39,538 nt of DNA, taken from positions 1-39,538 of the forward strand of contig JBFXGX010000016.1 in NCBI GenBank assembly GCA_050177605.1, in the 5' to 3' direction. Made by a program: the position numbers and the translations under genes. Each line of letters starts with the position of its first letter. Positions within the stretch are counted from its first letter, which is position 1. The DNA is from Candidatus Izemoplasmatales bacterium (lineage in GTDB: Bacteria > Bacillota_I > Bacilli_A > Izemoplasmatales > Hujiaoplasmataceae). Positions 17,772 through 26,824 of the stretch are shown piece after piece. Below the pieces are notes generated by a model, which was given only the letters and a program-made list of their open reading frames with translations, was not told where the DNA came from and did not search any database.

Positions 17772-18403
17772 AGGTTCACGCTTTCTGCAAAATGAGTAAT
17801 TTTTCTCGTTAATAGGACAATGATTGACCAAGGACCAGTTAGTCCAACAAGAAGGAATACCATCGATGTCAATCCATTCGGGTAAAACATCAATAGGACG
17901 GGTAAAAGGGTGACAAAGAATAATACGAATGTGGTAATAAAGTATTTACCAGCTAAATAAAAAGCAAATTTAATCGTTTTAAGAAAGGTTGTTTTTTCCT
18001 TCATATCGACAATTAACGTATAGTAAATCGTCACTGCGAACCAAATCGCAATCAGAGACATCGATACATAGTACCCAATACTCATAAATAAAGGTGAAGA
18101 AACAGAAATACTTTCTCGGTAATAAAGAGTGTTTAAATATCCGAGTAAAAAGATAAAGAGTGTTAAGAGCGTAAATCCTAACTTCCGTAAGAAATTACGT
18201 TTGAATGAGACCCAGAAACCTTTAAAAAGTTCTGGGCTCTCATTATGTAAATACTTCTTTAACATTGAAAAACCAGCACTGATACTAGCAAAACTTGTGA
18301 CAATAGGAATACAGAAAAGTATCATCAAAAGATTGAGGACAACAAGTCTGATTATCCAATCAGCAATCATATTCAGTTTGGAAAAGAATGGTTTTTCAAA
18401 CAT
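17768..18403 (-). CDS. YesL/DUF624 family membrane protein (sugar ABC accessory)
   Basis: ADWIIRLVVLNLLMILFCIPIVT and FKGFWVSFKRNF pattern; ~5 TM helices; follows the permeases. Confidence 0.8.
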   Translation of the reverse strand: MFEKPFFSKLNMIADWIIRLVVLNLLMILFCIPIVTSFASISAGFSMLKKYLHNESPELFKGFWVSFKRNFLRKLGFTLLTLFIFLLGYLNTLYYRESISVSSPLFMSIGYYVSMSLIAIWFAVTIYYTLIVDMKEKTTFLKTIKFAFYLAGKYFITTFVLFFVTLLPVLLMFYPNGLTSMVFLLVGLTGPWSIIVLLTRKITHFAESVNL

Positions 18404-18412
18404 AAGAAACTC

Positions 18413-19399
18413 CTATCCAACAATACCGGTACGTTCAATCGATTCAACGAATTGTTTTTGAACAAATAAATACATAATTAATAGTGGCAACATCATCAGT
18501 AGCGCAGCTACATTACTAATGAGCGCTAAGAATAATGGGTTTTCCCAAACACTTTGACCAATTAGATCAAGTCCACCCGTATAGAATAAAGCTTGATACA
18601 TTCCTTCTGCCGCATTAATCAACTGCATTGTAAGCAAAGGGAACGCTTCTGTTGAAACATCAAAGATGGCGACATAATAAGCATCATTCCATTGCCACAC
18701 GAATGCGAATAAAGCGACCGTGACAAGAGCACCTCTTGCATTCGGTAACATGATATTCCAAAAAGTTCGAAAGACGCTCGCACCATCAATCTGTGCGGAT
18801 TCGTCCAACTCTTTGGGAAGACCTCGAAAGAACTGTCTGAAGATATAAATGAAGATTCCACTCCGAATTCCCATTCCGAGGAAACTCATAATATAGATAC
18901 TGATTTCTTTACCTATCAGTCCAACTTCTCTAAAATAAAGGAACTGGGCAAGCGATAAAGCTTGCGGTGGTGTAATAATTGTAATGATGACTAAAACGAA
19001 TAAGATATTACTTCCTCTAAATTTCAATCTCGAAAAAGCATAACCTGCAAGAGCAGTTGAGAAGATTTGTAATATCATTGAAATAAAACTAATCTTAAAG
19101 GTATCAAGGAGTGCTTTCCAATAATCTAAAACGACCATAGCGATTTTGATATTTTCTAAACTCCAAACCTCAGGAATCCAAACAACCGCTGGATTATTTA
19201 CATCTCCAGGAGCACGGAGTGCCATAGAGATTTGTTGGATCGTTGGAAAAAGGATTACGAAACATAATCCAAAGAGGAATATTCCTCTGAGAAGATTCAT
19301 TGTGAATGTCGAAATCTTCCGTTTCCACACAAACGCTGTTCTAGGATTTTTAAAATATTTATCGATACGATGGTAGAGATTCAACAGTTTATTCTTCAT
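18413..19399 (-). CDS. Carbohydrate ABC transporter permease (MalG-like)
   Basis: AGYAFSRLKFRG, EAA loop LDESAQIDGAS, FVWQWND. Start at ATG 19399 after GGAGG. Confidence 0.92.
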   Translation of the reverse strand: MKNKLLNLYHRIDKYFKNPRTAFVWKRKISTFTMNLLRGIFLFGLCFVILFPTIQQISMALRAPGDVNNPAVVWIPEVWSLENIKIAMVVLDYWKALLDTFKISFISMILQIFSTALAGYAFSRLKFRGSNILFVLVIITIITPPQALSLAQFLYFREVGLIGKEISIYIMSFLGMGIRSGIFIYIFRQFFRGLPKELDESAQIDGASVFRTFWNIMLPNARGALVTVALFAFVWQWNDAYYVAIFDVSTEAFPLLTMQLINAAEGMYQALFYTGGLDLIGQSVWENPLFLALISNVAALLMMLPLLIMYLFVQKQFVESIERTGIVG

Positions 19400-20330
19400 A
19401 ATGAGAACCTCCGATATGGAATGCTTTCGCAAGAAGCGCGAGCACTAATAAGATAAATACAATCGTCGTCACATAAATCCATGCCATCGCAGCACTTTGA
19501 CCCCACTGTGTCGACTTTCCAAGTTCAGACGAAATAATCGTGCTGACCGAACTCGTGAGGAAGGTATCGACAAGTGCATAAACTGTCACTGTTATCATAT
19601 GCGGACTTACGTTCGGCAATGTAATTAACCAAAACATTTCATAAGACGTCGCTCCTTCAATTTTTGCGGCCTCATACAAATGCTTAGGCACGGATTGGAT
19701 GGAAGCGAGGAATAACAAAATCGGAACGCCTGCGAGAGACAAAATGTCATAAATACGATCGATGAGTCCGACGATAAAAGTAATGAGCCATGGCATAATT
19801 CCTGTTTGTAATAAATAAAACTCTAAATCAAACACGGGTCCGATTCCTTGTTGCTCAAGGATTTGCGCAATTGCATCCCCTCCGCCTAGAGCTGAAGCGA
19901 CGGCGGCGCTATTGAGGATGACTGGAATAAAGAAGATAGCACGAACAATTGCTCTTCCTCTAAACTTCATATTGAGTAAGACAGCAATAAATAGACTAAA
20001 GATTAATAGTACAGGAATATTGATTAAAGCGTCCACCGTAGTATTAATCAGTTCAATTCGAAAACTTGATGTCGTTGTCACATGTTCATTGATTGCATAA
20101 ATATAATTTTGAATTCCGACAAAGGTAGAAACAATTCCATTTGGGGTTGGTTCTAATGTAAAGAAACTATAGTAGAAACTTCTTACAAACGGAATAAAGA
20201 AGAAAATGAGAAATCCTAAAAACCAAGGTGTTAAAAAGATAATTGCCCATAAAAGCTTTTGTTTTTTATATCCCTCAACGCCTTTTCCACCAAGTGTCTT
20301 TTTTGATTTTAACGTATCAGCATTAGCCAT
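19389..20330 (-). CDS. Carbohydrate ABC transporter permease (MalF-like)
   Basis: FVGIQNY, RAIFFIPVI and EAA loop LYEAAKIEGAT. Start at ATG 20330 after GGAGGTGA. Confidence 0.92.
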   Translation of the reverse strand: MANADTLKSKKTLGGKGVEGYKKQKLLWAIIFLTPWFLGFLIFFFIPFVRSFYYSFFTLEPTPNGIVSTFVGIQNYIYAINEHVTTTSSFRIELINTTVDALINIPVLLIFSLFIAVLLNMKFRGRAIVRAIFFIPVILNSAAVASALGGGDAIAQILEQQGIGPVFDLEFYLLQTGIMPWLITFIVGLIDRIYDILSLAGVPILLFLASIQSVPKHLYEAAKIEGATSYEMFWLITLPNVSPHMITVTVYALVDTFLTSSVSTIISSELGKSTQWGQSAAMAWIYVTTIVFILLVLALLAKAFHIGGSHYEE

Positions 20331-20331
20331 T

Positions 20332-22908
20332 TTACTCACCTCCTAGAACGAGGTAATTCATTGCCTCTACTGTTAAATTTGGCGCAAGTGTCACATCAGA
20401 TAAATTGTAGTTGATGATTATTTGAACGCCGTTAGAATACGAGACTTTCACGACATTATTAGCTAAGTATTCATGGTTGACTAAATAACCTTCATGGATT
20501 CTTATTTGGTTCAGTACCGATAATTGACTTTCAATACGGTCCAACCAATTTGAATACTGGGTAGAAAAATAGTAATTAAACTGCGTGTAGCTTAACTTAT
20601 GTGAATTGTCATAAGTTAAGGTGTATTTCAGATTAGACCCTGTCTCAATCGCTTTTAAGAAATAATACTCATCGGTACGATCATAATTTAAGTTCAGGCT
20701 GATTGTCGTATAATCAACTTTTCCTGAAAGGACTAATTGAAGCAAAGGAATCTGATTATCTAAAATCGCGTAAGCTGTTGTCTCCATTGGTAAATCCGTT
20801 ATTAGATCAGCATAAGGCATCGCAAATCCCAGAGGACTCGATAACAAAAGAGACATATCGATTTGATCTAAAATACTTTTTTCAATCGATAAACTATCTT
20901 GTTTATAAAGAATCGTATCGCTATAATTTCCTCCAAGAGCACTTCCTAAAAAATCAAACGCTACTGCATCTCCAGGATAATCTGCTTCAAAAGCATTATA
21001 GATTTCTTGTAAGAAAAGTGGACTAATAATGTAATCATCGTTATATCCATTATCATAAGGTGTTTCACTCAGTGGTAATTTGGATGGAAGATGATACGTA
21101 TAAAGAAGTGATAAACTACCATCGACACGTTTCGATGAATAACGATAGTTATCAAATAGTTTGTTATAGTCATTGGTGACCATCAAACGAACATTTGGAT
21201 AAATTGTAATTTGATGACTCGTAGCGTAATCGAGTAAACTTTGATAGTCTTTCCCTGAGCCTAATACACGTTCCGTTTTATATTCATTTGCTAGATTGGA
21301 AGAAAGTCCACCGGATAACATACCACTATAAATTACATTAATATTAGTTATGTTATTACTTGCAAATTGTTCAAGAATAATTTTTGCTTCATCATAGGTT
21401 GTAAGTGACTCACTCTTATAGTAAGGCACGCCTAAGAAGAATTCACGACTTTCATAGGCACCTAATAATTCAATCGTAAGGTTTGCTGAAGTAGTTGTAT
21501 CACTCGAAGTAAAACCTACGTTTGAATCTAAATACGCTTGATAAACATGAGCTACACCCACATAACTAGCGTCTGCTTGATCCAAGAAAACATATTTCAC
21601 GGTGAAGTCTGTATTCACACGATCTTCAGTCCATAAATCAAGTGCATACGTATTGTATCCAGAACCCAACGTAATCGCTTCATGTTCACGGAAATAAAAT
21701 GTAGGATAAATTTTGTTATAGGAATCGACTCTTCCTGAAACATCCGCATTGATTTGCGCTTGGGTATCTCCAGCAGTAATAATCGCTGCGAATCCTCCAT
21801 TATCCTTGACCATTCCATAAAGAGGAATACTTATTTTTTGACTTGATTCTGGCATTTTATGTGCGAGTAAAGCTAAATCTTCACCATAGAGTCTTTTTGA
21901 ATAAGGTTGTTGATAATATTTTCCATTATTAAATGAAATCGTTGCGCCACTACCATCAGGGACAATTAAATATCCCGAGGTCGCTACACCACCAATTTCA
22001 CTGATGGCTGTACCAAAATGAGGAAATAATGAGATACTCGCAAGTTTCGCATTTCCACTTTCAACGATGGAGTCTTGAATGACGGACATATCAATTCCTT
22101 GATCATTCAATACAACTTGAATCGCTACTTTAAATGAGATGGGATCACTCGTCTCTGTATAGCCATAAAGTGCGTTTTCCGCAATAGCTTGTTCTCTTGT
22201 GTATTCTAGGCTACCTTCACCATAAAAAATATCATAGAGTTTTGAACGAACGAGCACAGACATACTTTCATAATTTGAAATGACATACATATCTAGATCG
22301 GCATCATATCCTGTATAGGCTATTTGTTGTAATAATGCTCCTTGTGGATGAAGTTCAATAATCTCCGGAGAAAGGTATTTTGGGAAATATAGATAATCGA
22401 TATCCACTGTTTTTAAATCGTAATAAATTTGGAATCCATGATCTATGTATTTCACAGAATAAGTTCTGAGTCCCGCATCATATAAAACTGATTTTGGATG
22501 GTAGATACTTAGCGCATAGTTATTCACCATCGCTAAACTACCAGTATCATTAAAGTAACTAAGTTCTATCGTTGCTTTTTGTTTTTCGATTGCACTGGTT
22601 GTCATATTTTTTGACATATCAAGTTGCCAAGGATCCATTTCCGTTGGATTTGAGTTCCAAATAACGCCAGTGATTTTATTCTTTACTGCGAAATAACTTG
22701 TGGTTTCATCTAAGTAAAGCTCATAAATATCATTGCTCGCAACGAGATAATTTGTGTTCGATAATTCCATTGAATCTGTAAAACCGTTCAAATCAAAAGG
22801 AATCGTTTCACTCGCACTGACCGTGGCTGGGGACATATTGAATAAAAGATTCAATGAAACGAGTACAACAAGGAGGATAGTGATGCCTAGGATTATTTTC
22901 TTTTTCAT
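20332..22908 (-). CDS. Large extracellular DUF5696-like protein
   Basis: N-terminal anchor/signal; WNSNP, GYLIVPDGSGATISFNNGK, IPLYG, IPLLQLVLSG, LKAIETG and YSNGVQIIINY motifs recalled from DUF5696 proteins. Position in the cassette fits. Confidence 0.7.
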   Translation of the reverse strand: MKKKIILGITILLVVLVSLNLLFNMSPATVSASETIPFDLNGFTDSMELSNTNYLVASNDIYELYLDETTSYFAVKNKITGVIWNSNPTEMDPWQLDMSKNMTTSAIEKQKATIELSYFNDTGSLAMVNNYALSIYHPKSVLYDAGLRTYSVKYIDHGFQIYYDLKTVDIDYLYFPKYLSPEIIELHPQGALLQQIAYTGYDADLDMYVISNYESMSVLVRSKLYDIFYGEGSLEYTREQAIAENALYGYTETSDPISFKVAIQVVLNDQGIDMSVIQDSIVESGNAKLASISLFPHFGTAISEIGGVATSGYLIVPDGSGATISFNNGKYYQQPYSKRLYGEDLALLAHKMPESSQKISIPLYGMVKDNGGFAAIITAGDTQAQINADVSGRVDSYNKIYPTFYFREHEAITLGSGYNTYALDLWTEDRVNTDFTVKYVFLDQADASYVGVAHVYQAYLDSNVGFTSSDTTTSANLTIELLGAYESREFFLGVPYYKSESLTTYDEAKIILEQFASNNITNINVIYSGMLSGGLSSNLANEYKTERVLGSGKDYQSLLDYATSHQITIYPNVRLMVTNDYNKLFDNYRYSSKRVDGSLSLLYTYHLPSKLPLSETPYDNGYNDDYIISPLFLQEIYNAFEADYPGDAVAFDFLGSALGGNYSDTILYKQDSLSIEKSILDQIDMSLLLSSPLGFAMPYADLITDLPMETTAYAILDNQIPLLQLVLSGKVDYTTISLNLNYDRTDEYYFLKAIETGSNLKYTLTYDNSHKLSYTQFNYYFSTQYSNWLDRIESQLSVLNQIRIHEGYLVNHEYLANNVVKVSYSNGVQIIINYNLSDVTLAPNLTVEAMNYLVLGGE

Positions 22909-22910
22909 CG

Positions 22911-23552
22911 CTAATACCTCAAATTAAACTCTTCAATTACCGAAGTAACGAAAGCAATGGCTTGTTGGATTAAGTCAAAGAATAATAAACCAACAAACAT
23001 CATCACAGCCATACTTACGACGGTTGCTAAAAGAGCTAGGATTGTTTTTAAAAAACCATATTCATGAATATTGAGAATCCCCATAAAAAGCATCCAGCCA
23101 GTCGCTATATAGGCAACATACATAAATAGAGTATAAAAAGCCATTTCTTCCAGCGTTAAGAAATTAGTGAGAATAACTGCTGGAAATCCAATAATGATTA
23201 ATGGAAATAGGGCATACCCTGTAGTCATTAATATTTCTTTATAGGTTCCTTTTCCATCCATCAATGTTGTTACACTCCAGTTACCAATGGTGAATAGACC
23301 AATCAGAAGTGCCACACTGAAAATCTCTTGTAAACTATTTAAATCAATGGGATTATTTGTGTTAATTAAAAACCCAAGATGTTGAAAACTAAATATTTGA
23401 AAATAAGCGTAGAGAATAATGAAAACAATCGCAACACTTAATTTTCCTTGTTTATAGCGTTTAAAATCTTCAAATCCATCAAATGGATGGAATAATAGTC
23501 TCGCAGGAAACTGAATATAATCATGAAGGAACTTTTTGAACTTAATCTTCAT
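22911..23552 (-). CDS. Yip1 domain membrane protein
   Basis: LFHPFDGFEDFK, NWSVTTLMDGKG and GYALFP motifs; 5 TM helices. Confidence 0.8.
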   Translation of the reverse strand: MKIKFKKFLHDYIQFPARLLFHPFDGFEDFKRYKQGKLSVAIVFIILYAYFQIFSFQHLGFLINTNNPIDLNSLQEIFSVALLIGLFTIGNWSVTTLMDGKGTYKEILMTTGYALFPLIIIGFPAVILTNFLTLEEMAFYTLFMYVAYIATGWMLFMGILNIHEYGFLKTILALLATVVSMAVMMFVGLLFFDLIQQAIAFVTSVIEEFNLRY

Positions 23553-25017
23553 AATAGAATGTTCCTCCCTTTTTACGTAGATTCACTACTTTTCTTACTG
23601 TAATCACACCAGCAAGCACTACAATACCACCAATAATATACCCAAAATTCGCTTTTAAGATATCATTTCGATATTGTTGGTAGGCTTTTGAATAATAGAA
23701 CTGGTCATGAGAAAGTTCAAAGTAATAGAGTGCCTCTTCATACTTTTCTTGTCTTAATAAAAGCTTTCCAATACCATCATAAGCAATTTCATAATTTGCA
23801 TTCATTTCAATGACGCTTTCCCATAGGGTAGCGGCTGCTTCATACTCGCCAAGATTTTGATAGTGAATTGCTTGATTTACCGTATTACCAAACTCGGTCA
23901 TCGAATAAACAACGATCGTTTTTGTACCCCGATCAAGGACCAATAATTGGTCTTTAAAATAAGCTAATGCCACACCTTCACTAAATTTATCTGTTTGGTT
24001 GCCTGCATCGCCATCAACGTAGAGTAAATAACCCTCACTATCATAAGTGAAGATTCGACTTCTCTTTTGATCGAGAACAGAATAAATTCCATCACTCGTA
24101 TAATCAATATCGACAAGACTACTTGGTCCATCCACAACATAATTATTCATTCCAATGATGTATTCAACATCACCCATCGGTGGTTGATATCCATTTCGTT
24201 TGATGACATCGACACCTTTAGGATTAATTAATTGGATTGGATTCTTATCATTGTTTTCGGAAACTTTACTCGTTGCGTAAATGAAATTACGGTCATTAAT
24301 TTGAACGTTCGTATATTCTGTTGGTAAGTATAGTTGAAGTTGTGCGATTTGTTCTTCTGTCATTAATTTACGTTGTAATATTTCAAGTGGCGTCAATTCA
24401 ATTGGATTGACCCCTGTATAGCGATTAAAACTACCATCACTATTAATTTCCATGATTCCTTCATAGATATTCTTCGCGACAACATACATTCTGTCAGATG
24501 GATCTACGGTAATCTTCTTTGGTTCAAACATAATTTCATCAAAAGTTGCGTCATCCATTTCACTATAAATGCCAACAACTTCTAAATTGTGGTTGAGTTT
24601 AACGATACGATTATTACCAGTATCACATAAGAAGATGCCTGAATCAGTGACATCGACACCCATCGGTGAATCGAGTGTAAGAGGGGTTCCAAGGAGAGTA
24701 CTTGCGTCACTTCTTGTATTTAAATACTCACTATTATATTCAAATGAAGTAAAACTACCGATTAAACTAAAATCCGTATCTATCATCACTAGTGCATCGG
24801 TTTTACTATCCACGACATAGATTTGATCTTCATAGACCACTAAATCTTCAGGCGAACTGAATGTAGTCCCTAATGTTTCCGCATTAATGGAAGCACTAAA
24901 AGACATACCAGGTGCACTGTGAAGTACAGTGCCCCAGTATGAATAGTTATAGCTTCCAGCCCCCATAAGAAGTGGGATGAAACAAATCATCATAAGGAAA
25001 ATCAAAATCTTTTTCAT
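23542..25017 (-). CDS. Extracellular NHL-repeat beta-propeller + TPR protein with C-terminal TM anchor
   Basis: Signal peptide; NHL-type repeats (FSSPEDL..IYVVDS, LDSPMGV..FLCDTGNNRIV, FEPKKITVD..MYVV); TPR-like GEYEAAATLWESV..AYDGIGKLL; C-terminal TM helix and basic tail. Confidence 0.8.
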   Translation of the reverse strand: MKKILIFLMMICFIPLLMGAGSYNYSYWGTVLHSAPGMSFSASINAETLGTTFSSPEDLVVYEDQIYVVDSKTDALVMIDTDFSLIGSFTSFEYNSEYLNTRSDASTLLGTPLTLDSPMGVDVTDSGIFLCDTGNNRIVKLNHNLEVVGIYSEMDDATFDEIMFEPKKITVDPSDRMYVVAKNIYEGIMEINSDGSFNRYTGVNPIELTPLEILQRKLMTEEQIAQLQLYLPTEYTNVQINDRNFIYATSKVSENNDKNPIQLINPKGVDVIKRNGYQPPMGDVEYIIGMNNYVVDGPSSLVDIDYTSDGIYSVLDQKRSRIFTYDSEGYLLYVDGDAGNQTDKFSEGVALAYFKDQLLVLDRGTKTIVVYSMTEFGNTVNQAIHYQNLGEYEAAATLWESVIEMNANYEIAYDGIGKLLLRQEKYEEALYYFELSHDQFYYSKAYQQYRNDILKANFGYIIGGIVVLAGVITVRKVVNLRKKGGTFYYED

Positions 25018-25026
25018 AAATTACTC

Positions 25027-25890
25027 CTATTTCATTCCAGAATGAGAGAATGTCTCGACTACTTTTGATTGAGACAAGATGAAGAATGTCACTGGGACAA
25101 TCATCATAATAAATGAAACTGCCGCAATCGTACCGGCACGTTCAATCGTACCTTGTGCAATTTGTCTTAAGGCATAACTCAATGGTTTTAATTCTTCACT
25201 AAAGATAAAGCTTCCACCATCGGTAGTCCATAATCTTTGGAAAAGCAAGATGATAAGTGTTAACCATGCCGGCTTAACCAAAGGCATCACAATGGTAAAG
25301 AAAATTCGATATTCGCTTGCGCCGTCAATCTTCGCAGATTCAATTAATTCATCTGGAATTTGGGACATAAATTGTTTCATTAAATAGAGTCCTAAACTTG
25401 AGGCGATCGCTGGTAAGATAATCGCACTTGGTGTATCAATTAACCCAATACCAGAAATAATGATATAGTTTGGTACTGCGGTAACTTGTGGTGCGAACAT
25501 CAAAGAGTATACAACCAAGGTAAAGAAAAGTTTTCTACCTGGAAATTTGTATTTTGCAAGTGGAAAAGCCGCCATGGAGGCAATCAGTACGTGCCCACCG
25601 GTTCCAAGAACAGTGATTAAAATCGTATTAAAGAAATACCTGCTGAAAGGAACCCAACTATTTCCAATTAACTCCGATAGATCCCTAAAGTTATTCAGCG
25701 TTAAATTTCGAGGAAATAACTTCGGAGGGAATAAAAAGAGTTCATCGAGTGGTTTAAAAGCGTTAGATACTGTCATAATGAGTGGATAGGCACTAAAGAA
25801 TCCAAAGAATAATAACAGTGTAAATAAGAAGATATCGCCACCTAAACTACGGTTTAAACGATGGGTCTTTTTAAGAAATTTGAATGCCAT
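25027..25890 (-). CDS. Carbohydrate ABC transporter permease (MalG-like)
   Basis: AAFPLAKYKFPG and EAA loop LIESAKIDGASE. Start at ATG 25890. Confidence 0.92.
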   Translation of the reverse strand: MAFKFLKKTHRLNRSLGGDIFLFTLLLFFGFFSAYPLIMTVSNAFKPLDELFLFPPKLFPRNLTLNNFRDLSELIGNSWVPFSRYFFNTILITVLGTGGHVLIASMAAFPLAKYKFPGRKLFFTLVVYSLMFAPQVTAVPNYIIISGIGLIDTPSAIILPAIASSLGLYLMKQFMSQIPDELIESAKIDGASEYRIFFTIVMPLVKPAWLTLIILLFQRLWTTDGGSFIFSEELKPLSYALRQIAQGTIERAGTIAAVSFIMMIVPVTFFILSQSKVVETFSHSGMK

Positions 25891-25891
25891 C

Positions 25892-26824
25892 TTAATCACC
25901 CACCCTTCTTAATATTCTTCTTACAAGAAGGTTCGCAGACATCATAATCAAGAAGAGGATAGTCGCTATCGCACTCGCATAACCTAAATCATAGCGAACA
26001 GTACCATAATCGACTAAGTGAGTTACAATCGTATGTCCAGCATATTCCACCGAAGGGAATCCGACGAGTTGCATCGAAACCTCCGCAATCGCGAGCGATG
26101 TCGTAATCTGCATCACTGCACCAAACATTAATTGAGGTTTCATCGAAGGCAGTGTGATAAACCATAATTCTTGCCAACGATTTTTAATTCCATCAATCGC
26201 TCCTGCTTCATACAGTGTTTTATCAACACTTTGAAGTCCAGCGATAAATGCTAAGAAACTCACACCTAAACTTAACCATAATTGCACAATAATGATGACA
26301 AGCATCATATAATCAGGATCTTTTAACCATTGAATTGGTGTATTGATAAATCCCCAATTGATTAAAAAAGCATTGGCATAGCCATGAATATCTCCTGAGA
26401 AAATTAATAGCCACATTAAGAAGGCATTACCACTAATACTTGGAGCGTAAAAAACAAGTGTTAGGAAAGCTCTAAGCTTTGGACCAAGTTCATTGATTAG
26501 CCAGGCAAACACAAAGGCCATCAAATAAGAAACAGGTCCAGTAACGACTGCGAGAATTAACGTGTTTTTTAATGCGATGATAAAGACATCATCTTCTAAA
26601 AACAATTTAATGTAATTATGAAGTCCCACAAATCGTGGTGCTTCTAAGAGATTAAAATAGGAGAAACTAATTCCAAGAGACATAAAAACTGGAACCACAG
26701 TGAAAGTAATGAATAAAATCGCATAAGGCGCCATCATGACATAAGCATGTTTATGTTTCTTCATGTTTTTCCATAAAAGCTGTTTTTTTGTTAGAGGGGT
26801 ATAAGCCTTTGCTTGACTATCCAT
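25892..26824 (-). CDS. Carbohydrate ABC transporter permease (MalF-like)
   Basis: FVGLHNY, EAA loop LYEAGAIDG, GYASAIA. Confidence 0.92.
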   Translation of the reverse strand: MDSQAKAYTPLTKKQLLWKNMKKHKHAYVMMAPYAILFITFTVVPVFMSLGISFSYFNLLEAPRFVGLHNYIKLFLEDDVFIIALKNTLILAVVTGPVSYLMAFVFAWLINELGPKLRAFLTLVFYAPSISGNAFLMWLLIFSGDIHGYANAFLINWGFINTPIQWLKDPDYMMLVIIIVQLWLSLGVSFLAFIAGLQSVDKTLYEAGAIDGIKNRWQELWFITLPSMKPQLMFGAVMQITTSLAIAEVSMQLVGFPSVEYAGHTIVTHLVDYGTVRYDLGYASAIATILFLIMMSANLLVRRILRRVGD